DNA from: Actinomycetes bacterium | GTDB lineage: Bacteria; Actinomycetota; Actinomycetes; Nanopelagicales; Nanopelagicaceae | Direction of reading: 5' to 3' | DNA length: 64,000 bases | Assembly (NCBI GenBank): GCA_025354785.1 | Contig: JANXME010000326.1 | Location: 1,506-65,505 of the forward strand | Part shown: piece after piece, positions 44,896-53,896 of the stretch | Numbering within the stretch: the stretch's first letter is position 1 | Layout: every line of letters starts with the position of its first letter | Position numbers and translations under genes: made by a program | The notes under the pieces: generated by a model | What the model saw: only the letters and a program-made list of their open reading frames with translations | What the model was told of the DNA's origin: nothing | Database searches by the model: none

Positions 44896-47502
44896 TCACC
44901 TTAATAGTTGTAATAGTGCAGCCAGTTCGACCGGCGCCATCTTAGCAACACCAGCACATGTGTTGTTTACCTGATTGCAATTTGCTCCTACGTTAGGGTG
45001 AATACCATCACGAAGGTCTGCCAACGTTAATACCGAGTTAACATCTGCTAAACGCACTTTCTGCCCCGCAGTGACCCTTGCAGCTACCAGCCGGCGCAAC
45101 TCGGTATTATACTGTTGTGCAAGTACGGCCCGATCTACATTGTTCGGTGCTACCAACACTGACGACTGAGGTGGGATTGTTTGCACCACAATTTTTACGT
45201 TCGGTAGTGTTTGTTGAATGGTGGTGATTAGAACATCCTGTCGACCTGCAACACTCGTGCCAGTCTCGGCTGTCCACCATGCAATATCATTAGTTCCGGC
45301 CATGACGACCACAACATCTGGTTGATAGGTATTCAGCCACCCTACAACTTGCGCACTAATATCTCCAATTGTCCAACCTGGATGTCCCTCGTGGCGTGTG
45401 GAACATGGATCGTATGTATTTGCCTGAGACCCTACAGGTACGATATTATATCCAGCTGCGATTGCCTGTGTGGTAAGTGCGCAGCGCCATGACCATTCTT
45501 CTTGTGTTATCGAGTCACCAAGGTCCATGAGCTTAATGGCTGCGCCCGTGACCGGTGCACCCGCATCGACAACCCCGGCGTCTGGAACCACGGTGCCAGC
45601 GTCCTTTGCCACAACTCCTGCATCTGTCACTGGTGGCGGGGGTGTGCCCGCATCCGGTGTTTGAGTGCCCGCGCCCCACGAAATTGAGTCAACATATATA
45701 ATACCAGACAGGGCTGCGTTTGGCTGCAGTTCCACACCAAGGCTTTGCAACACACCTGGAACAGTGGGCAGAGTGAGTGTGAACGTATTCCATCCGACAA
45801 TCAGTGCTGACTGTGGGAACCAGTTAGAGTTCCATTTCCATGAAGTGGTTGCGTCTTCCTGAGCAAACACCTGTAATGAAGTGAGGGCCGTGACCACAGG
45901 GATATAGACATGGTATGTAATCGTCGTGCCGCGCGGGACTGCTGGGTTGGCTACGATGAAGCTCTGATTGGCAGATGAGGAGCCATTGAATGTTCCAGCC
46001 AGTGACCGTAAGCCAGCAAATGCCTTGGCCGTACTGGTACCAAGCGTGCCACCCCCGCCAGTTAGAGTAAACCCCTGCAGATTGCCCGCAGTCTCGAAGT
46101 TGCATTGTGCAGGATCCAAAACAACTCCACCTGCGTCTGGTGTGCCAGCATCCTTAGTGCCTGCGTCAGGTGACCCAGCATCAACAACTATCGTGCCTGC
46201 ATCCTTTATACCCGCATCCACAACCGTTCCAGCGTCAGGTGTTATACACACACAAGTACACACGGCACCTGCATCTGGCGACCCGGCATCAACAATGCCT
46301 GCGTCAGGCACAGGGGCGCTAGATGGTAGATTCATGCCTCCACTAGCATAAAATGTACCAACATTGACTTTCAGGAAATCGTTGTCAACTTCTTGACGGC
46401 TCTGGCATCCCTCGCCCGCTCCGAACAACAGTGAAATCATGCCACTGCTTACAAATTTTTGTAGATGCGTGGTGCCACCGTTGCCGAAGAAATATTCTGA
46501 ACGATTGTCTTTGTATCCACTACCTATGCTACCATTGTAGCATACATCCTTACTAAAGGAGTTGCCAATCGGCACCTGCCAAAGCACCCAACGCTTGGAT
46601 GCCTTTACGTTCCAGAGGCGCATCCATTCAGCATAACGATTGAAGCTTCTGGTGTTTATGGCAGCTGTATCAGCTGTGTCCCACCAACGATTCTCTCCTC
46701 TTACAAGCGTGTAGTAGTTAGAATCTCTGTCAAGAGGGTCGCCCACTAATATATCATATGTATCACCAGTTATATTAGCGACTAGCCCCAGTGGCGCTAA
46801 GAAGTTGTATACATTGTCAACAGCTGGCTGTAGCGGATCGGTCACATTGAAATGTATGATGTCTAACCCAGTTGCCCAGCCAGAAATGTGCATACCCAAT
46901 ATTACGTTTGTTGCACCAACAGACTTGCGCATCTGCAAAAATGCTAACCCCCATCCTGCAGCCGTATTGGGTAGCCCGGCTAGCTCTGGTAGACCAGTGG
47001 ATGCGATTGCGGCTGGAGCAGTTGGTACTACGGCTGACTCTTGTAGATATGCATATCCATCTGGTTCAAGCATAACTAGGACCGGTCTGCCAAATGTCTT
47101 TGCTTGCTGCATTAGCAGCTTGAAATCGCCAAAATATTCGGCCATTGCTGTGGGCGATTGTACCTTTTGGTAGAATCCGGTATTAGCGGGCGGGATGTCA
47201 TACATTTCATAGTACGAGATAGCTGGAATGTATCCGTTGGCGTCTGCGGACTTGAAGAAGGACTGAGCGAAGGCGCCGTCACGTGGGCCACCGCCCCAAT
47301 TGGTGGCCCAGGAGTATGTCAGATAGATATATTCCAGATCCCACTGGACACCGCTATTGTGCATCCAGGTTGTGGACGCTGAGTCGTTGTTGTTGAATAG
47401 CCCGATAGATAACTTTTGCGGCATTGGTGCCGGCACAGACCCAGATGGGCCTGCCCATGCATTAACAGTAAGAAGGAGGCAGATTAAGCAGCTTAATTTC
47501 AT
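44896..47502 (-). CDS. secreted modular protein: N-terminal domain, DAG-rich linkers, beta-sandwich (CBM-like) domain, C-terminal SGNH/GDSL hydrolase
   Basis: Signal peptide MKLSCLICLLLTVNAWA; linkers PDAGIVDAGSPDAG..DAGTKDAGTPDAGG; SGNH blocks LGDSITQ, MAGTNDI, DGIHPN. Confidence 0.75.
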   Translation of the reverse strand: MKLSCLICLLLTVNAWAGPSGSVPAPMPQKLSIGLFNNNDSASTTWMHNSGVQWDLEYIYLTYSWATNWGGGPRDGAFAQSFFKSADANGYIPAISYYEMYDIPPANTGFYQKVQSPTAMAEYFGDFKLLMQQAKTFGRPVLVMLEPDGYAYLQESAVVPTAPAAIASTGLPELAGLPNTAAGWGLAFLQMRKSVGATNVILGMHISGWATGLDIIHFNVTDPLQPAVDNVYNFLAPLGLVANITGDTYDILVGDPLDRDSNYYTLVRGENRWWDTADTAAINTRSFNRYAEWMRLWNVKASKRWVLWQVPIGNSFSKDVCYNGSIGSGYKDNRSEYFFGNGGTTHLQKFVSSGMISLLFGAGEGCQSRQEVDNDFLKVNVGTFYASGGMNLPSSAPVPDAGIVDAGSPDAGAVCTCVCITPDAGTVVDAGIKDAGTIVVDAGSPDAGTKDAGTPDAGGVVLDPAQCNFETAGNLQGFTLTGGGGTLGTSTAKAFAGLRSLAGTFNGSSSANQSFIVANPAVPRGTTITYHVYIPVVTALTSLQVFAQEDATTSWKWNSNWFPQSALIVGWNTFTLTLPTVPGVLQSLGVELQPNAALSGIIYVDSISWGAGTQTPDAGTPPPPVTDAGVVAKDAGTVVPDAGVVDAGAPVTGAAIKLMDLGDSITQEEWSWRCALTTQAIAAGYNIVPVGSQANTYDPCSTRHEGHPGWTIGDISAQVVGWLNTYQPDVVVVMAGTNDIAWWTAETGTSVAGRQDVLITTIQQTLPNVKIVVQTIPPQSSVLVAPNNVDRAVLAQQYNTELRRLVAARVTAGQKVRLADVNSVLTLADLRDGIHPNVGANCNQVNNTCAGVAKMAPVELAALLQLLR

Positions 47503-47662
47503 TTTTTAATTCTTCCTTTACGATCTTACGAATAAGATCTTGTAGTTTCTTGTTTTTGATCGAGTTAGACTGTCTCTCGCGATACTCTGCCACATCTAAC
47601 TGAGTATGTGGACACATATCAAAATCTTCTTTACAAATAACACATTCTTCATGTCTAGACAT
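47462..47662 (-). CDS. hypothetical small protein
   Basis: 66 aa, CVICKEDFDMCPH; 41-nt overlap with the downstream gene start. Confidence 0.4.
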   Translation of the reverse strand: MSRHEECVICKEDFDMCPHTQLDVAEYRERQSNSIKNKKLQDLIRKIVKEELKNEIKLLNLPPSYC

Positions 47663-47870
47663 TTATATCTTCAGGCAATAGATAGAGAGTGTATTTCCTA
47701 TTCACTTGCAAAAGTTGATATGTTTCCGAATCCACAGTTAGGCCGATGCGCGGCCAAGGCTGGCCATCTTGCGCCAATTCCACTTCAAAGTGATTAACGG
47801 TTTCTTCCTTTTTCACGATTCGGAAAGTCTTCTTGGACTCTATAACTTCTTTATCGATTTTAGTAATCAT
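47655..47870 (-). CDS. hypothetical protein
   Basis: 71-aa co-directional ORF. Confidence 0.45.
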   Translation of the reverse strand: MITKIDKEVIESKKTFRIVKKEETVNHFEVELAQDGQPWPRIGLTVDSETYQLLQVNRKYTLYLLPEDINV

Positions 47871-47873
47871 TGT

Positions 47874-48167
47874 TTACCCACTTAAACCAGTAAGCATCCG
47901 TTCTATTGTCTGTTTCGGCGTCAAATCGGCATAAGTATTAGATATTTTAAATATGATATTTAAAATATCTAATATGTACCACAACTTGCTCGCATCGTGA
48001 TGTGAGACTTCTCCTAATAGTATATAACTCCAGTGCACATAATCACCGTAGGCTTCTCTGTAAAAAGCAAATGTTGTTCCATCGAATTGGAAAGTAAAGA
48101 GTTCAGGATGGTTCCTACTAAGATCATGCAACTGTTTACGTCGAGATTTACCTGGTCTGGACATCAT
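47874..48167 (-). CDS. hypothetical protein (paralogue of 48148..48525)
   Basis: Shares ..WYILDILNIIFKISNTYADLTPKQTIERMLTGL with ..YTLSKIEMVIDFLNKSDNYAGLAPKQIAKQLLTDL of the neighbour. Confidence 0.5.
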   Translation of the reverse strand: MMSRPGKSRRKQLHDLSRNHPELFTFQFDGTTFAFYREAYGDYVHWSYILLGEVSHHDASKLWYILDILNIIFKISNTYADLTPKQTIERMLTGLSG

Positions 48168-48525
48168 TTAGATCTGTCAACAACTGCTTTGCAATCTGTT
48201 TAGGAGCCAAACCCGCATAGTTGTCCGACTTGTTTAGGAAATCTATTACCATCTCGATTTTTGACAGAGTATAGTATATGCTATTGGATGCGATAGGACG
48301 CCACTGCCAATATTTTTTCAATATTCCGTCTATCATGTGTCCCATATAAACATAATAAAGAACTGAATCTATTAGTATGGTGAAATGGTCTGCATGGAAG
48401 CCGGAAGCATTAGCCATCCAGAAATGTCTCTTTTCATAAGACAACAAACTAAAAGCCTTAGATTCTGAACGGTTGATTTGTGTATGATAGTCAGTAGCCA
48501 CGATGGCTTTTACCAACCTTTTCAA
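48148..48525 (-). CDS. hypothetical protein (paralogue of 47874..48167)
   Basis: See neighbour; tandem duplication. Confidence 0.5.
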   Translation of the reverse strand: MKRLVKAIVATDYHTQINRSESKAFSLLSYEKRHFWMANASGFHADHFTILIDSVLYYVYMGHMIDGILKKYWQWRPIASNSIYYTLSKIEMVIDFLNKSDNYAGLAPKQIAKQLLTDLNDVQTR

Positions 48526-49034
48526 CCATTGCCATCAGCTGGCGGATATTCTTCGGCCTATATTCGTTTACATCCACACCAACATTAATGATCGGACCCT
48601 TACGATTAAACGCCTCGTGAACGTGACCATGTAGATGAACATCTGCCTTCTCGTTTGGCAGAAATGCCATATCTGGCTCATGGCGTAGGTAAAGTTTTAC
48701 TCCATCGACAGTCAAAAAAAGCTCAGTGTTGATTGAGGCCCATTCAGCATTCTCAATTTGAGATAGGATGGTCACACCGTTATGCTTCATGTCATGATTG
48801 CCCAAAACAATATGCTTAACGCCATTCAGGCGCGCCCAGATGCCTGGAATGAGCCCCTTGTCACCCATGGCAAAATCGCCCAAATGATAAATAGTGTCTT
48901 GTGGACTAACAACCTCATTCCAATTCTTAACTAACTCTTCGGTCATGTGGGCGCAGTCTTTAAACGGCCTACTCGAATATTGTATAATATTGTTATGGTT
49001 GAAAGTGCGTATCCGAAGTAAAGTATGTACTCAA
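48491..49034 (-). pseudogene. small metallophosphoesterase interrupted by a 1-nt frameshift near its 5' end
   Basis: Track ORF (to 48946) has HLGDF, GNHD, GHVH but lacks the first DxH motif. Upstream, one frame encodes (TTG)STYFTSDTHFQP-stop and the main frame continues FNHNNIIQYSSRPFKDCAHMTEEL. The shift lies in CTTTC at 49001-49005. Confidence 0.65.
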
Positions 49035-49783
49035 GAGTCACCTCCTTTGTGTAGATGTAGATAAATTTTATCTACCCAGGCCGTAAATTCTCCTACGGCC
49101 ATTGTGTGTTTCGCTATATTGCAAATCTTACAGCAAGATACTACGTTTCCTACTGTATATCCGAGTGCGTTATTTAACCTATCTATGCCATTGTTGTAAA
49201 TAAAATCACCATATTTCATTTTAGTTAATGTCAATGGCGATGTTCCGCAAAATTTGCAGTTGGAAAATATAAGTAACTCAAATTGTTCACGTGTGAGCGC
49301 CCATTCGTAGCTGCGTACTGCTGCGTTACGCTTATAATAGTTCCATACGGATGTAGTTGCTGAGGTGCCCAGAGCTTTTCTTGTTCTTATACTAGCAGAT
49401 TCCTTCTGCCAACACCCACAACTTTGTGTTCCACCACTCATCAGATTGGTATATGTAACTTCCGTAAAAGTACCACAATCACATACGCACTTGTATTTAA
49501 CCATCTTGCGACTACGTGGAGTCGCGGGACGGGGGAGGGGTGTCAGACGTTCTATCGCCACTAAACGACCAAATCTCTTATTTATTACGGAATATGCAGC
49601 GGCATCTTTAAAGAGGTGCTGTCTACAGCCGCAACTCTTAGTACGTTTGATGTTAGAACCAGTTATCTTCGTTAAGTTTCCACATTCACACAAACATTGG
49701 TACTTAGTTGCGGCACCATTGACACTTGGTATGCTGTATAATAATTCTAAACAACCAAATTTGTACCCTGAAGTATACTTCAT
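49031..49783 (-). CDS. HNH endonuclease (third family), minus strand
   Basis: Repeats YQCLCECG..SCGC and YKCVCDCG..SCGC; C-terminal GIDRLNNALGYTVGNVVSCCKICNIAK. Confidence 0.7.
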   Translation of the reverse strand: MKYTSGYKFGCLELLYSIPSVNGAATKYQCLCECGNLTKITGSNIKRTKSCGCRQHLFKDAAAYSVINKRFGRLVAIERLTPLPRPATPRSRKMVKYKCVCDCGTFTEVTYTNLMSGGTQSCGCWQKESASIRTRKALGTSATTSVWNYYKRNAAVRSYEWALTREQFELLIFSNCKFCGTSPLTLTKMKYGDFIYNNGIDRLNNALGYTVGNVVSCCKICNIAKHTMAVGEFTAWVDKIYLHLHKGGDS

Positions 49784-50076
49784 CTTTGTTCCTGTGGAAA
49801 CATCATTGATAGTAATTCTTCGTGAGATAAATCTGCGTATTTAATATACTCACCATTTGCCATCTTCTGTATAATGTTGAATGGGGCCATAGCATGCCTG
49901 CAAAATGGCCCCTCGTCGCAATAGTTAAGCCCATCAACATCATCGTCTACACATTTAAAATGTCTGCCACCATAGTCGTCGTGGTTGTTCCATCTGGTAC
50001 AGAAGATTCTAGACATGATATCTCGGGTAATGTGGGTGTCGATTCGGCTTGGTTGGCGAGGAGTGCTCCTAGACAC
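49780..50076 (-). CDS. hypothetical Cys/His-rich protein
   Basis: 98-aa ORF overlapping 49947..50330 by 130 nt in another frame. Start probably MSRIFC at 50016; possible further frameshift. Confidence 0.35.
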   Translation of the reverse strand: MSRSTPRQPSRIDTHITRDIMSRIFCTRWNNHDDYGGRHFKCVDDDVDGLNYCDEGPFCRHAMAPFNIIQKMANGEYIKYADLSHEELLSMMFPQEQR

Positions 50077-50330
50077 TCTTCAGAACATATAGGGGTGGGC
50101 CAGTAATCATTCGCGCCAGAATCATGTCTAAATGCGGTGGTAACGTCGCATATATTACATCCAGCATACATGCCTGAGAAATATATGGTTGGCTCCACTA
50201 GCATGCTTTCTGATTTATACGGATCGCGATACTCCGCTTTCGGCTGGTTAAATACCCCTGGGTGCTTTGTGTTGAAATCCATCAGTGTCCGCCACAATTG
50301 GTTCTGCGCCATCGAAAAAAACCTCCACAC
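49947..50330 (-). CDS. hypothetical protein
   Basis: 127-aa ORF overlapping the Thg1-like 3' end; start uncertain (50312 or 50282). Confidence 0.35.
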   Translation of the reverse strand: MWRFFSMAQNQLWRTLMDFNTKHPGVFNQPKAEYRDPYKSESMLVEPTIYFSGMYAGCNICDVTTAFRHDSGANDYWPTPICSEECLGALLANQAESTPTLPEISCLESSVPDGTTTTTMVADILNV

Positions 50331-51117
50331 GATTCACAACACGTGCCAGCGGCGGCATATTAATTTGAGCCACAACATGGCGTTCAATCTCTAGATTGGG
50401 ATTTACGCGTGCTGCGTGTTTTGGCGGTAGTGCCTCCAATTCTTCTTGGGTAAATTTTCCAGTCATCTTAATACGGCGCACATATGCACCACGTTTGAAA
50501 AACGTCGGATAGTCAGACCAGTTCACACCCTTTTTATGGAGCATCTCGATCATCTCTGTCCGACCCTGGTTCGCCATTTCTAAATGGGAGTAATAGTGGC
50601 GTGTGGCCATAGATACACTATTTTTGGTGGCATCTTGCTCACGCCACAAAATGGCATTAACAGCTTCATCCTTGTTAGGCACATTCCAAACACGACAATC
50701 GAATGTCGGAAGAGATTCTGCCTTTTCTGGAATGTACATAGCCAAATTTTTGTTGAAAAAGGCGCTTGCTTGTGAAGCGAGATTGCTTACGATCTTTTGA
50801 ATTTTACCATCAAACCATACCTGTTCACGGAAATCATGCGCATATATCAGTAGACTGATCTCGTCGGATTGAGTGTAGCCCACCAACGCATTAGTTTCCT
50901 CTACTAGATGGATGGTGGTGTCGGCCATCAAACTTGACATACGGCGATCGTATGGACGTTTTAGTCCGCGAGTAAATTTACTAAAACTACGTCCATCTAG
51001 ACGGGCAATGAGCGGCAATAGAGGCATAAGTTTGCGACCAGCCTCAACCTGCTCGTAAGACTTCATCCTTATTGCCACATCTGTATTGTCTTTGCTCATA
51101 AATTTAATTATTTCCAT
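50248..51117 (-). CDS. Thg1-like protein (tRNA-His guanylyltransferase family, 3'-5' nucleotidyltransferase)
   Basis: LIARLDGRSFSKFTRGLKRPYDRRM and VGYTQSDEISLLI match the Thg1/TLP palm-domain carboxylate motifs. Confidence 0.8.
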   Translation of the reverse strand: MEIIKFMSKDNTDVAIRMKSYEQVEAGRKLMPLLPLIARLDGRSFSKFTRGLKRPYDRRMSSLMADTTIHLVEETNALVGYTQSDEISLLIYAHDFREQVWFDGKIQKIVSNLASQASAFFNKNLAMYIPEKAESLPTFDCRVWNVPNKDEAVNAILWREQDATKNSVSMATRHYYSHLEMANQGRTEMIEMLHKKGVNWSDYPTFFKRGAYVRRIKMTGKFTQEELEALPPKHAARVNPNLEIERHVVAQINMPPLARVVNRVEVFFDGAEPIVADTDGFQHKAPRGI

Positions 51118-51144
51118 GAATAGATTTGGTGATGATCATTAGCC

Positions 51145-51672
51145 ATGAATACACTATGCATATATTGCAATAAACAACCGCCACGTATAGGCAAAAGTCA
51201 GTGTGCCGATTGCAGGGTGCAATTAACTAAGATGGAGCGCATTAGAGTAGCCCGTAGAAGAGTGGCTGGAGTGTGCATTAAATGCGGTGATAAAAGATAT
51301 CTCAATTTTGTTGAATGTGAATATTGCCATAATATAAATGCAGCTAGACGTCGCGTTGTACAGCACAACTTAAAATTGGAAACATTAAATGCATATGGTG
51401 GACTTAGATGTGCTTGTTCGAAATGTCCATATGCTATCGCAATTCCTGCCATTCAATTTGCCACACTTGACCATATAAACAATGATGGCGCCAAACACAG
51501 AAAAGAGGTTGGTGTTGGATCACATTCAGGTAAGACATTCTATAGATACTTGAAGCAGCAGGGATTTCCGTTTGGATTGCAAGTAATGTGTTTCAATTGC
51601 AACTCTGGACGTCAATTAAATGCTGGCATTTGTCCACATATGGGTGACGAATCACCCATAAATCTTCTTTAG
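51145..51672 (+). CDS. HNH endonuclease, family A (free-standing, opposite strand)
   Basis: LNAYGG, TLDHINNDGAKHRKE, MCFNCNS; paralogue of 34674..35231. Confidence 0.8.
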   Translation: MNTLCIYCNKQPPRIGKSQCADCRVQLTKMERIRVARRRVAGVCIKCGDKRYLNFVECEYCHNINAARRRVVQHNLKLETLNAYGGLRCACSKCPYAIAIPAIQFATLDHINNDGAKHRKEVGVGSHSGKTFYRYLKQQGFPFGLQVMCFNCNSGRQLNAGICPHMGDESPINLL

Positions 51673-51966
51673 CCTCTCATATTCCTGTCTCTCACATTCC
51701 TGTCTCTTAGTCAACTTTTGTGCGTTATCGCTCAGTCTAATGGCCATTTCAATTTTAGACTCTGGGCGATAGCCAGACAATAACAATTCCACGTCTGTGT
51801 CGCCATAGTTGGTTGATACTTCAATTTTTAATTCTAAATTGCGCCAACGTCCGAGTCGAACCTTGTCCTCAGCGTCGCCAATGATATCTTTGATCTCATT
51901 CAATGTGATATATCTACCAAAATTATGATAGATATCACGCACCCATTCGGTATTTTCTTCAGCCAT
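51652..51966 (-). CDS. hypothetical protein
   Basis: 104-aa ORF; 21-nt convergent overlap with the HNH gene. Confidence 0.5.
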   Translation of the reverse strand: MAEENTEWVRDIYHNFGRYITLNEIKDIIGDAEDKVRLGRWRNLELKIEVSTNYGDTDVELLLSGYRPESKIEMAIRLSDNAQKLTKRQECERQEYERLKKIYG

Positions 51967-52279
51967 TCCGCATCTCCTTGATCAATTGTTCTCCACGTGT
52001 TCGATTTTTGCAATTTCGACACCAGAAACGGTCGGGTAGTGGTAGACCCCGTTCTCCCTTTGGGGCACGACTCCCACGTAATTCATGGCACCAAGTTGTA
52101 TCACCCTGAGCTAAACATTGCGCCGTATCTTTTAACAGTTTGAATAATTCTTCGCAACGTTCTAAATCAGCCGATGTCATCTGGGTGGCGGATGGCTCGG
52201 TAGGTTGGAAGAATTGGAACATTGTCATCACTGAGCCTTTGATATTTAAAATTAACAATCTTGCCAATAAGTTTCTCAT
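51959..52279 (-). CDS. hypothetical protein (start uncertain, possibly 52180)
   Basis: Track ORF overlaps the ligase 3' end by 113 nt; the internal ATG at 52180 gives a 14-nt overlap. Confidence 0.4.
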   Translation of the reverse strand: MRNLLARLLILNIKGSVMTMFQFFQPTEPSATQMTSADLERCEELFKLLKDTAQCLAQGDTTWCHELRGSRAPKGERGLPLPDRFWCRNCKNRTRGEQLIKEMRNG

Positions 52280-53471
52280 CGTCCCATAACTCTTGTCGCA
52301 ATGCTTTGGTCAGCCCTTCGCCAGTGCCCATGCCGAATACTGGACCAGTTGGCTTGCCTTTGACAAGTAAACGGCATTCAAGTTTGCCGAGAGATCCGAC
52401 CAACCAGCCTTCTCCCTCAACCTTGCCAACGATCATTGCTTCTGCGTCTTCAAATGGCTTGATTTTGGTGATGTCGGAAGTTTTCTTATTAGTTGGTGCC
52501 TTGTCCAGACGACGGATAATAGCTCCGTCACAACCAAGGGTAGTCACGAAATCACCAGCTTCTTTGTCAAGGAATTCTTGGGTTGGGTCGATCACCACCC
52601 GCGAGCTCACAATCCTTAATACACCATGACTGAACGAATGTGTACTATGAGACTGCATCATGTTTCTTAAATGTTGTAGCCGATCTTCATAAATAGTATG
52701 CGGGTCGTCATATTCATCACTGGCGGCACAATCAAACATCACATATACCAATAAACCTTTTTCCGGTTCGCGACCATCATCCGCATGGAATAATTTCTGA
52801 ACCGCCTGGAAGTCCATGCGGCCATAACTGTCAAACACTACAACTTCACCATCAATCGTAGTGCCTGACTGCAGTTTGAGACGTGTGATTTCCGCCTTGA
52901 TCGACTGAAAGCCTTTCCATTCTTTGCCAGTCCTGGATAAAAGAGTGACTGCGCCGCCTTCACCAATGCGAGCGATCGTACGTCCTCCATCCATTTTGGG
53001 CTGTAATGCCCATCGGCCCTTAAGAGATTTAAGCTCTTTAAAAGGCTTGGCGAGCGGAATCGAAAATAGAGCAATCGTGCCCGGCATAACCTTGTTTACA
53101 TCCTTGGCGCCGACGCTCAGGCGCAGATCTTGCTTGATAATACGCTCGGTCCACTTCACTTCTACCGAACTACACAATCCGAGAAAGGAAGCGATGGCAC
53201 TTTTAGCCGCATTACCAGTCAGCGTACGATCCGACAAGGGGACGAGCAAATGTTCTTCCAAATATTTGAACCAATCGTCCTCATCCATGGAAGCTACCTG
53301 GGCCGGTGCTGGCGATGGTACCTGCTTAATACCAAAGGTGATCGCTGGAGAAAGAGCATAGTTCAACAACTTACGCATCTCGGGTGAATCACCCTTTTTC
53401 ATCGCTTCAAGACGCGCATTACCCAACGGAGCGGCCTCAAATTTTTCTAGCTGTTTGACTAATTCATTCAT
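52167..53471 (-). CDS. ATP-dependent DNA ligase
   Basis: Motif I KMDGGR, III DGEVVVFD, IV DGAIIRR, V ITKIKP. ATG 53471 forms an ATGA overlap with the upstream stop. Confidence 0.85.
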   Translation of the reverse strand: MNELVKQLEKFEAAPLGNARLEAMKKGDSPEMRKLLNYALSPAITFGIKQVPSPAPAQVASMDEDDWFKYLEEHLLVPLSDRTLTGNAAKSAIASFLGLCSSVEVKWTERIIKQDLRLSVGAKDVNKVMPGTIALFSIPLAKPFKELKSLKGRWALQPKMDGGRTIARIGEGGAVTLLSRTGKEWKGFQSIKAEITRLKLQSGTTIDGEVVVFDSYGRMDFQAVQKLFHADDGREPEKGLLVYVMFDCAASDEYDDPHTIYEDRLQHLRNMMQSHSTHSFSHGVLRIVSSRVVIDPTQEFLDKEAGDFVTTLGCDGAIIRRLDKAPTNKKTSDITKIKPFEDAEAMIVGKVEGEGWLVGSLGKLECRLLVKGKPTGPVFGMGTGEGLTKALRQELWDDEKLIGKIVNFKYQRLSDDNVPILPTYRAIRHPDDIG

Positions 53472-53896
53472 AATTCTCCAGATTGGGGACAATCCACTAC
53501 ATGTCCGCACAAAGCGGCTCGATCTTCCCATCTCCAATTTCTCGTAAGATGGTCACATTCACAAACTAACTTAGTTGGCTTAGTTGCGCCATCGGCATAC
53601 ACTATATGACATTCATCGCTTAATACGTAGTACATAACTGCCTTCTGGCGATAGTGGTCGATCGTTATTTGCACGATTTGTGCCATGATATCGTCGGCAC
53701 ACATAATTCTAACTGGAATTACCCTTTCTAAGAAAGTTTCTCCTTCATGTTCCCAAACACCCTTTCCAGGAGTAAAGATGGTAAGTCCACCCGTAAGCTT
53801 TTGCACTTTAGCGTCCCAGTTCTTATGATGTTTCGTGCGAATGGGCTTGATTGTGTCGCCATACATCGTTGGCACTAATATCTCATAAAGCTTCAT
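53468..53896 (-). CDS. hypothetical protein
   Basis: MKLYEILVPT start in an ATGA overlap; C-terminal Cys/His cluster. Confidence 0.5.
   Translation of the reverse strand: MKLYEILVPTMYGDTIKPIRTKHHKNWDAKVQKLTGGLTIFTPGKGVWEHEGETFLERVIPVRIMCADDIMAQIVQITIDHYRQKAVMYYVLSDECHIVYADGATKPTKLVCECDHLTRNWRWEDRAALCGHVVDCPQSGEL

Noticed and set aside
45470-46351. Repetitive DNA, possibly a tandem repeat or CRISPR-like array.
   Set aside because: The repeats are imperfect, in-frame codon-level DAG linker repeats inside a long ORF. There is no spacer/repeat periodicity.
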